From contig OZ365111.1 in assembly GCA_977030845.1 (NCBI GenBank), forward strand, positions 14,012,001 through 14,076,000: DNA of 64,000 nucleotides, given 5' to 3'. Source of the stretch: Fimbriosthenelais zetlandica. Taxonomy: Eukaryota. The translations under genes and the position numbers were made by a program. Every line of letters starts with the position of its first letter. Within the stretch, counting starts at the first letter, position 1. The notes beneath the pieces are model-generated. The model was not told where the DNA came from and ran no database searches. It saw only the letters and a program-made list of their open reading frames with translations. Positions 1-8,400 of the stretch are shown here, in pieces.

Positions 1-124
1 ATTCTGTGTATGGCAGGTCTTTGTCTTGCTCAGTTTTATTTCCTCGTGGACAAATGATAGCCCAAGATAAGGCGCGTGTTGGCGGTCTGTTTTTTTTTAA
101 AGACAGGTGCATGTTTTGTTACAG

Positions 125-246
125 ATCAGATTTGGGTGAGACCCACTTGAGTGATGAAGAGGAGAGTGGAGCTAAACCTTCCTCAAACACGGCCACAGTT
201 CAGGCAGTCAGGGATCTTATAGCCCACCTCATACTGCCCCCCAAAG
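125..246 (+). CDS. Internal coding exon of an unidentified plus-strand gene
   Basis: Acceptor ttttgttacag| at 124/125 and donor |gttagt at 247. Open frame SDLGETHLSDEEESGAKPSSNTATVQAVRDLIAHLILPPK. Ends in phase 1, matching the exon at 1666. Confidence 0.7.
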
Positions 247-283
247 GTTAGTTAGCTGCTGGCTGGTCTTAATCACAAATCAA

Positions 284-501
284 GGCCACACACCAAGTCG
301 ATCGTCCTTCCGATGGCAATCTAATTCTCTATCTTCTTACTGCACCTAATGAATTGATTAGAATTGTGTCAGTAGGTAATTTTACCTAGGTGTATATAAC
401 CTACTACTTACTAAAATTACTTTCTGCTAGAACTAAGCATTAGGTGAGGAAAGTTGTGGGAAATTCGGTAGCGATCAGACGGGCAGTCGGCTGTGTGTGT
501 C
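284..501. mobile_element. Fold-back (palindromic) MITE-like element in an intron
   Basis: Nested inverted repeats: cacctaatg 343-351 / cattaggtg 438-446 (perfect); cagtaggtaatttta 370-384 / taaaattactttctg 412-426 (13 of 15); degenerate outer arms cacacac...gtgtgtg. No clear TSD. Confidence 0.55.
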
Positions 502-1665
502 ACAACATTTTAAATTTAAAAAAACATTTTGTTATGACATTTTTTAATACAAAAACTTTTTAACTACATGTACGATGATACTGGCCAAAGTAAGGGACAG
601 ATGGATGTATCATTTCTATAAATTTAATGATAATTTTGTTTGAATTTTGAAGAGATTTTAAGTTGCACATAGTGGGGCTGGGGTCCTGATAAAATGTTAA
701 GTCATGGAGTTTTCTTTACACCTCTGGGAGTGGAAAAGCCATTAGTTCTTAGGCATCAAGCGGGGGAGTTCCAAATCACTCACATGCCTCAGCACAGCTT
801 GTCTCTGAAAAAAATATATAGACCGGGTATACCCTGAGGTCTCTATTTACATCCGGGCCTACATGACCACTCCTTCACTATATATACTGCTATAGTAAAT
901 TAACTGTGTGGTTTGGGCCTGTCAGTTAAGTAATAGGTATAAGTTTCGATTTCTTGGTAAATTCTCTGGTCTTGAATAAATTACACCTACACGTATTTAT
1001 TTTATATCTCCATTAAATTCAGAGAATATGTATAGATTAATGTCTACCCCGTCCCTTTAACTATTAAAAGAATTGTTGCGTTTCATATTCCGTATCTAAA
1101 TCATTTCCTTTTAAATCACAGATTACTCAGGGATAAGGATCTGTTAGTTGAAATTGCATAGAATTCTCTGTTGCATAAAACATGTATTCTCTTGCTAATC
1201 ATGCTTTCTGATTCAATGTTTGAAAAATAGAAGGCATAGTAACACATCATCAATTTCTGGGAATTGCTTATAATTTCTACAAGGGAAAACATGCCAGATT
1301 TTGCTGAAGTGGTTTCACTCATGGCTTTTATGTCTTACTGTGTTTTGTCAAAAGCATACACTTGTGTCCGACGAATTTTAAATAGAATTAACACTTTTCA
1401 GATGTAAATAAGTTCGCATACATGAAAGTACAAGTACTCCTGCATAATATATTTTCTTATTTCATTGGCTCGCCTCAAACTGTAGGCATGCGTCAGTCCT
1501 GAATGGAATTTCAGTTAGATTCTCAGATATACTATTTCCCAAAAGATGAAAAAATTTGAGTCATGAGTGTTGCCCCTGATTGGTAAGCAATCTTGCCATG
1601 TCTTCACCATTTTCCCGCCTTTTTTATGACCTTTGACCGTGTGGTTTTTTGCATGTTGTGTTCAG

Positions 1666-1779
1666 ATGAGTCCACCTATGATGATGTAGTCAACTCGCTC
1701 ACTCAGAAAGCATGCGACAAGTGTACGGACGGCGAGAGGGACACCCTACTTGAAACTCTCATGCCCTGGGACTGGGATG
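1666..1779 (+). CDS. Internal coding exon of the same unidentified gene
   Basis: Acceptor ttgtgttcag| and donor |gtaagt. 114 nt, phase 1 to phase 1, in frame with exon 125-246: (D)ESTYDDVVNSLTQKACDKCTDGERDTLLETLMPWDWD. Confidence 0.75.
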
Positions 1780-1832
1780 GTAAGTGATCTTTTCTTATGT
1801 AATAGATAGTAAAAACTAACAGAATATTCCAG

Positions 1833-1897
1833 GCTGCGGCAGTGTCACAACCGGTAAGAAAACAAAATGTACAGAACATGCATGTACCTTTCAGTGA
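1833..1897 (+). CDS. Putative next or terminal exon of the unidentified gene
   Basis: 53-nt intron 1780-1832 with ctaac branch site and ttccag acceptor. The frame continues GCGSVTTGKKTKCTEHACTFQ* (TGA 1895-1897). An internal donor (accg|gtaaga, 1852/1853) could instead make this a 20-nt internal exon. Confidence 0.45.
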
Positions 1898-1941
1898 TGT
1901 CTGCACTAGGTCCACATAAAACAAACTGAGCTGGGTTCCAA

Positions 1942-1947
1942 TTTATT
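1942..1947 (-). terminator. AATAAA polyadenylation signal downstream of histone H1
   Basis: Plus-strand tttatt reads AATAAA on the H1 strand, about 250 nt past the distal stem-loop. Confidence 0.4.
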
Positions 1948-1995
1948 ATAAATATGGGCCAATTTTCTTAAAAGCTAATATAGAATCTAGCTAGA

Positions 1996-2012
1996 GTGCT
2001 GCCACCTGGCAG
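1996..2012 (-). promoter_or_regulatory. CTCF-like motif 3' of H1
   Basis: Minus strand CTGCCAGGTGGCAGCAC matches the CTCF core CCAG(G/A)(G/T)GGC(A/G)GC. Motif match only. Confidence 0.3.
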
Positions 2013-2174
2013 AACCTAGCTAAACTAATGGGAAGGTGGTGGGATAGAATACAGAAGTTGTAAAGAAAGAATGAATAGTAAAATTGGGATGGGAAGTCGA
2101 AAAGATTGTGGAGAATAAGTTTTAAAGGAGAGAAGGATGGGAGAAGAGTATGGGGATTGTTTCACGAATAATTT

Positions 2175-2183
2175 CACTCATTT
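2175..2183 (-). terminator. Candidate histone downstream element (U7 snRNP site)
   Basis: Purine-rich AAATGAGTG on the minus strand, starting 11 nt after the distal stem-loop. This is the spacing typical of HDEs. Confidence 0.45.
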
Positions 2184-2194
2184 GAGAGTGTGGT

Positions 2195-2210
2195 GGTCTT
2201 GATAAAGACC
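2195..2210 (-). terminator. Histone 3' stem-loop 2 (distal)
   Basis: GGTCTT-TATC-AAGACC, a perfect 6-bp stem with 4-nt loop. Preceded by CCAAC and followed by ACCAC. Confidence 0.75.
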
Positions 2211-2218
2211 GTTGGGAT

Positions 2219-2234
2219 GGCCCTGAGAAGGGCC
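2219..2234 (-). terminator. Histone 3' stem-loop 1 (proximal)
   Basis: GGCCCT-TCTC-AGGGCC, a perfect 6-bp stem with 4-nt loop. Preceded by CCAAAC and followed by ATCCC. It lies 25 nt after the stop codon. Confidence 0.9.
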
Positions 2235-2259
2235 GTTTGGTTTATGTAGGGTTGATTAT

Positions 2260-2859
2260 TTACTTCTTGGCGGCTTTCTTGGCAGCTGGCTTCTTGGCCG
2301 CGGGTTTCTTAGCTGCAGGCTTCTTGGCTGCGGGTTTCTTGGCAGCTTTGGGCTTGGCAGTCTTCTTTGGGGTCTTGGGCTTCTTGGCAGCAGTCTTGGG
2401 CTTGGCAACCTTCTTCTCTGCTGTCTTCTTGGCAGACTTCTTGGGAGTCTTGGGCTTCTTGGCAGCCTTCTTGGGGGTCTTAGGCTTCTTGGCCTTCTTG
2501 GGAGTTGCCTTCTTCTTGGGAGTTACCTTCTTCTCCTTCTTGGGTTTCTCTTCCTTGCCCATCTTGAAGGATCCGGCAGCGCCGGTTCCCTTGGTCTGGA
2601 CAAGTTTGCCTGAAGTGACGGCAGACTTGAGGTACTTCTTGATGAAAGGAGCCAGCTTGAGGACATCACACTTGTAGTTGGCGGCGATGTACTTCTTGAT
2701 GGCAGCGAGGGATGATCCCTTCCTATCCTTGAGGGCCTTGATGGCAGCTGGTACCATGGTGGCGACTGGGGGATGAGCTGGGGCAACCTTGGGTTTCTTG
2801 GCCTTGGTAGCCTTCTTGGCGGGTGCTGGGGCAGCAGGGGCGGCAGCGGTCTCGGCCAT
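2260..2859 (-). CDS. H1: Linker histone H1 (199 aa, intronless)
   Basis: Ala/Pro/Lys-rich N-tail. Winged-helix globular domain [34 protein letters not shown]...[16 protein letters not shown]. Lys-rich C-tail with five TPKK motifs and AAKKP repeats. Followed by histone stem-loops. Confidence 0.98.
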   Translation of the reverse strand: MAETAAAPAAPAPAKKATKAKKPKVAPAHPPVATMVPAAIKALKDRKGSSLAAIKKYIAANYKCDVLKLAPFIKKYLKSAVTSGKLVQTKGTGAAGSFKMGKEEKPKKEKKVTPKKKATPKKAKKPKTPKKAAKKPKTPKKSAKKTAEKKVAKPKTAAKKPKTPKKTAKPKAAKKPAAKKPAAKKPAAKKPAAKKAAKK

Positions 2860-2929
2860 GGTGAAGTTGTAGGTAGAGTGCGTGAGCTAACTCGAGAGAG
2901 AACTTGTTGAACGCTTGGTGTCTGAGAGA

Positions 2930-3061
2930 CGAGTGATGACCTACTGCATCTGTCCCATATTTATACTCACAGGCGTCCAGAGCGCGGACGTCGGTGAAAG
3001 CACCCGTCCGCGGCCCATGGGGAGTGCCTATATAAACGCTGCATATCCCAAACTTGTGTTT
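2930..3061 (-). promoter_or_regulatory. H1 proximal promoter
   Basis: On the minus strand: H1/AC box AAACACA 3061-3055, GC-rich box 3016-3001, H4-box-like TCACCGACGTCCGC 2997-2984, TATAAATA 2965-2958, and cap-like TCATCAC near 2939-2933. Confidence 0.8.
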
Positions 3062-3396
3062 CCTCGCTTCAGGAAATCTTTTATATGTCCGTTGGAAATT
3101 TACCAATCGTTTTGGTATTTCAACATAATATAGAAAAAATATATCTCTATCGGTCTATATGAGTCATTGGTAGGTTTCCAGTGAGAAAATGGCAAATAAT
3201 TGGACTAAAAGTGGAAAATCACCTCAATCGTCATAGAGTTGATCCACCAAAATTAGAAATTATCATTTTCACACTTATCACATGAGAATGAATAAATCTA
3301 TACTTAAAGTAGAAATGTTTATCTATCCATTCCTGTTTTTAATTTTGTTCTGCTCCGGTAAAATGTTGGTGTAAATTTAGTTTGATTCTGGACAAG

Positions 3397-3403
3397 AAAC
3401 ACA
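3397..3403 (-). promoter_or_regulatory. Upstream TG element (inverted AC box) of the H1 promoter
   Basis: TGTGTTT on the H1 strand, 342 nt upstream of the AC box and in inverted orientation. This resembles the upstream conserved element of vertebrate H1 promoters. Confidence 0.5.
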
Positions 3404-3416
3404 CTCCTCCTCGGGT

Positions 3417-3856
3417 CGCCATCTTGTCCCCCACAAACATGAAACAACAGCACTAACTTCCCCGTGGGATTAAAGAGTCAAAACTTAACCCAAGATGAAA
3501 CCATTACTACTACTATTATCTGATGTGTTCAGGAATAGATTAAATACAGAATTATTGGAAATGGAGCTAGTTCTACCGCGCTTCACGCGTTTGAAATTTC
3601 CCTATGGTTTTAGTCCGGGTCTGCCACGGCGACAAAAATGGCGGGCGAGTTTCCCAGTAGGATGTGGATATGTGAATTTAAAATTTGAAATTACGTCTCC
3701 AATTTACTTTCATATATTTCAAAATTCAAGGATTGCCTTCAGATTGGTCATCCCATTTGTTTTACTTGTTTAATAACTCTGAACATGCGTTACTTTATTC
3801 ATAAATAACATAAATAAGGCGCTTAATGATGGCTTGGGAAACGAGGAAAATGGCGG
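3417..3856. promoter_or_regulatory. Cluster of YY1-type motifs in a locally CpG-enriched segment, probably a second promoter
   Basis: CGCCATCTT 3417-3425 (AAGATGGCG on minus), AAAATGGCGGGC at 3635 and again at 3847 on plus. Confidence 0.4.
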
Positions 3857-4594
3857 GCTTTTCACTCTTTGTTGCCAGTCCTTGTCATTTGCCCTTCATA
3901 ATTATCAACTAACAGATATTTCTTGAATGATTTATGGGATAAAACATTAAAACATGTCTCCAGGAATTTGGATTGTCATTATTTTGTGGGATGTGCTCAT
4001 ATTTGGAGATATATGAACCGGATTCATTTACAAACAAAGACCTGGCGAAGGTAGAGCAGGGGAGGAGAAGGGGCGGTACAGATGTTTCCCAACGGGAGTT
4101 GCTGGCTTCTAACCCCGTGTGACATGTATGCTATAGGCGGTCTCTCCCCGAGACATACCGAAAAAGCAGGCATTCAAGTTTCGTTAAATTGTTTTATTTA
4201 CAATATTATATTGAGCAAATGCTGTTGAGAAACAAATTTGTATGAAATTAAGGTAGAAAAGTGTCGTGGTCTTCCTTTATTTTGGTTCTGTTATTGAATT
4301 AAATTGTTATTGGCCATTGTCGGTTGTTTTGCCTTGGTCAACCTCTACCTCTATGTTGGCATGATTTTCCGTTATCCCTCTTGCCATATATGTGGTTCTA
4401 CGTAAATTATGCTCATTTTGTATCGATTTCTGAGGGACAATATGATTTTTAACTTATATTGAGCCCCTTATATGATCTTCTACCAGGAAAATTACATTCA
4501 TAGTGACAAAATCAAGACCTCTCCTGCAATATCATATTTTCAGCGCTTGCATGCTGAGGATGCCAACATCTGATATTCCTTAGTGTAAACATGA

Positions 4595-4613
4595 TTTCAA
4601 CAGAGGGCAGCAG
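4595..4613 (+). promoter_or_regulatory. CTCF-like motif 5' of H1
   Basis: TTTCAACAGAGGGCAGCAG matches the CTCF consensus core. Motif match only. Confidence 0.35.
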
Positions 4614-5380
4614 TGGTCCTAGCATTATGGTTTCCCCAGAAGCTGCAGACTCTGACCACATAGCTTGCCTCCAGTCCTTACACTAAATGTAAAATGTATT
4701 ACCATTGATGCTTATATTCTCAGAATATATGTTATAAAACATTGTAATACTCCTCACATATATCCAAGTCTTGCCGCTTGACTTGAATATTTAATTATTA
4801 ATCCAAAAATGTTTTGTTTCTGGCGGTGATAAGTTTTTCACTAAAATTTGCATTTACATTGCCTTGACGAAATTGATTTATTCAGCGCGCCGCTCTTGCA
4901 ATGTCATAAAAGTGCGCTCATGGATTAAGAACTGCCTCCACTTAAAACTGACTCCACTCCTCCGCTGGCATAAAGTCCATTAAAATCAAACTTTAAGTCG
5001 CTGGTATGTTTTAAAATTTTGTTAGGCCCATGTTTTATGGGAGCTACGGCATTTATGTCCTGAATAATCAAATAAATGTTGTTCATACTGAACTGTAATG
5101 GATAATAATACCATTAGAATTGTTCAGGTCCTTCCAGCTATCTTATCAATATGAAAAATGAAGAAATTCCATGCATTTAATATTGGTCAAGTCTTTGACT
5201 GTTTGGATAGACCTCGGTTCCTTGAGAGTGCTGCCGTCTATCGTCATATAAAGCTAAACATCCTCTCTTTCTCTAGCCTGTATCGACAGATACCATTGCA
5301 CTATCGACAGATACTCCGTGCATCTCTGTCTAAAGTCCTCATGAAGGAAACTGAGTTATATTACAAAGTTTGGCTTCCCC

Positions 5381-5460
5381 ACTCTCTCTCTCCCCTCCTT
5401 CCCTCTCATTTCGTTCCTCTCTCTGCCTCTCTATCTCTCCCCCTCTCTCCTTTCTCCCCC
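5381..5460. repeat. CT-rich low-complexity tract
   Basis: Almost pure pyrimidine run (ctctctctcccctcctt...). Confidence 0.85.
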
Positions 5461-8400
5461 ATCAAAACTAGAAAATTATATGTATGCCAAATGTTCATGA
5501 TTGGAGGCTTGAACCAGTCTAATACAGTAATTCCTTGCTTGAATTACTTCATAAACGGCCTCATATATTAAGTCCCACATATAGAAGCAATAAGCTCCGA
5601 GTAGCTCATGCATTTGTTTGTCATGTAAGTGAATTTATGATGAGCTTTTAACCATATCCCAAGCGACCATGAACAAATGGCATATGTCCATTATATTTTT
5701 TTATTGATGCAATAAAGTAATACCATGCAATTTTCCCCACTAGTATTGGTTTTCTTACCACTCAATCTTGAATGCATCACATTCTTGCTAAATTATTAAC
5801 GAATAAAATCTTGGTGTCATCGCCTTCGCTATAATATTCACTTGATATCCGCCCATCCATTGTCTGCACGTGGTTGGATGGCTGCTTCCTTGTGGAGGAA
5901 ATTCTATTGACATTTCTACAGTTCATTATTGGATGCCGAGTGGAAATACCTCGGGGCTTGTGGAATTGTGTTTCATATTAGTATATACACCGAGGGACAA
6001 ACATCACTATAATATGGAATGATATTTCATTTCCAGGATGTTTTCCTTAATTCCTATCGGTGCTACCAAGCTTTTATGGTCGGATTTTCCCCGCACCACT
6101 TTAGAAGTTTCATATTTCACGTGGGCGTTAAAGTATATATGTATTCGGCGCTTTAAAATGTTTTAAAACATTCATATACCCATGTTTTTCCGTTTAACCT
6201 TTACTCAAGATTAATTTTTAACTTTAATTTTTAACTTTTCCCTCCATAATATGCGCAGAATTGAGAAGACAAAATTCATGAGCACGCTGAAACCATTAGG
6301 CGTTGGCGTATATATTCGGTCTGTTTCAGTTTGTAAGTGTGTTCCAGTTTGAAAGAGTTTTGAGGGAGAGAATTATTTTTTAAACATCCCATATCACCTT
6401 TCTCGGGTCTGTCCCGCCTGGTTTCGACCATTAGAGTTGGTTACCTGTACACCTACTACACCCTATTCTTCTGACTCCAGTACCACCAATATCATTAAGC
6501 CCTATACGTGCGGCCAATCCTAAAGTCAGCAATTTTGATCAGGTATCTGGCTTTTTCCAACTAACCGTTGACAGTTACATATTGTGGCGTGTACATACCT
6601 AATGAATACCCGGATGTACATACGACACCCTGGCCAGTCTAATCCCATGTCATTCTATGCCCAAATGAGCACAGTCAACTCCCGCCACAAATATATATTG
6701 GATTCCTGCACATTTTCATTTGAGGCGTCGTAGTGGCCGGCTCCGTCTGGCGTGGCTTTGTGCAATATTCATGTATTTGCTTGTCATGGAAGCTTATTGG
6801 AAACGATTTATGTAGGAAGTCGGGAGGTTTCAGGGCATGCACATGGTAATCCTATATTGTACAAATGTATTTCAATTTGGCCCCAGCTTTTTTCCCTGTT
6901 GTTCTACATGCTTAAAGAGTTGTAGGTGGCCTCGGGGAATTGGTACCCTACTCCTTATCCGCGCTTGTTATGTAATGTACATGTAATATCCGCTATTAAT
7001 GCCCCTTTCAATCCGTCCTTTCTTCTTATCATTACTACCCATAACGGCCCAAAACTATTTAAGTAAGATTTTAATTGAACCATCAATGGTTGTCATAGAA
7101 AGAAATCTGGGGAAAAAAACGCATGGAGAGACTTAAGAATCTGTTCTTGCATGGGAAAATCCTTGGGTACAAATCCTTTGGTACAAAACTACCGATTTGC
7201 AGTTTTTTAGCAGTCGCATTATTGAGTCAGTGCCTGACACTTTTATACCAATGTGTTTACTTAATATATTGTCTGTCATATATCTGTTATTATGTATTAA
7301 ATATAGTGCACATGTAGTAGCCTAAGACTCATGAACCCTCCTATAGCTATACCTTCCTATATGTACATACAGCTAGCGGTATGCGGTTCGTATGTCAGCG
7401 TTAACAAAATCACGGTGTTATGCCTTGTAGATGAGCCTACGGTTAGTGTCCATTGTGACAGCGCATAATGACAGCTTCCCTGATTAGATTATCGCCTACC
7501 AGTCTACCCTATACCGCCAGCTACATAATGTGGATTCACCACACGTCCCCTGGCCACCCTGTAATACAGCACCGCATTTAATTACTACCTTTATACGGTT
7601 AGCCCCTCTCATGGTCATGCCTATACCCACGGATTCACACAAAAGATAAGCATAGATACACTTGCAGTGGGCGTGGATATGGCGTGGTCTGGGGTTTTGC
7701 ATTGTCACGTACTGCTGAGTATATAGCCCTTAGCCGAGAAAGCATTTTCTTCAGGCTAAACTTTCCCCGAACCATGCATTAAGATTTCCAAGTTGTTCCT
7801 TTTCTTCAAGTTGAAAACTTTTTATATTGCTGTCACTTGAATGACAATCTTATTCCTGGTAATTTTTTAAAAACTTTTTAAAACTCCGCCGTAGAATTTT
7901 TAATACTCCTTTCAAGTCCATTGTTATTAGTGCAGGCTTTTAACCGGGATTTTAAAAGTGAAAAGAGTGGTTTAACATGGTCCAATAACAACTGTGTTGT
8001 TTGGCTTGATGTGGTGTGAAAGCAGAGTATCCATCAATTGATGGTTTCTCACCCGGTACTAAAAGCCTACCATTCTAACACTGTTTAATTTTTCAAATGG
8101 GTGAAAGCTTCCAATTTTGAGTTCTGACTTCTTTCCTTGGTTTTGTCTTCCCTTGGGGTAGTACGTGTTCGACCTGGGAGGTCCCTGGTTCAATTCCCTG
8201 AGCTTTTTACCACTTTGTCATTTTTCTTCTATACACCCAGTGTTAAATGTATTAAATGTCAGTCATATCTTCCATTGCCTGCGGTGAGAGTCATTAAAAG
8301 GACCATTAATTACTGCCAGTCGTGAGGAGCTGGTCATTTCGTGCCGACAACCTGTTTCCTTTTCGTCTATAGGTATAGCTGAAGAATTGCGACTGGTCGT

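Noticed and set aside
2237-2677. 146-aa plus-strand ORF with FLAAG repeats that looks like a membrane protein
   Set aside because: It is the antisense shadow of the Lys/Ala-rich H1 tail (AAG/GCC codons read as CTT/GGC). There is no independent evidence for it.
2523-3106. Overlapping minus-strand ORFs 2523-2786 and 2723-3106
   Set aside because: Alternative frames of the GC-rich H1 CDS and its promoter.
6597-6893. Possible HELZ2/UPF1-like helicase similarity in the decayed gene
   Set aside because: No Walker A (GPPGTGKT) or other SF1 motif is recoverable. The resemblance was subjective.
8150-8207. tRNA-like B box GGTTCAATTCC followed by TTTTT
   Set aside because: The T-stem pairs poorly, there is no acceptor stem or anticodon arm, and no clear A box. 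At most a SINE or tRNA relic. tRNAscan-SE would settle it.
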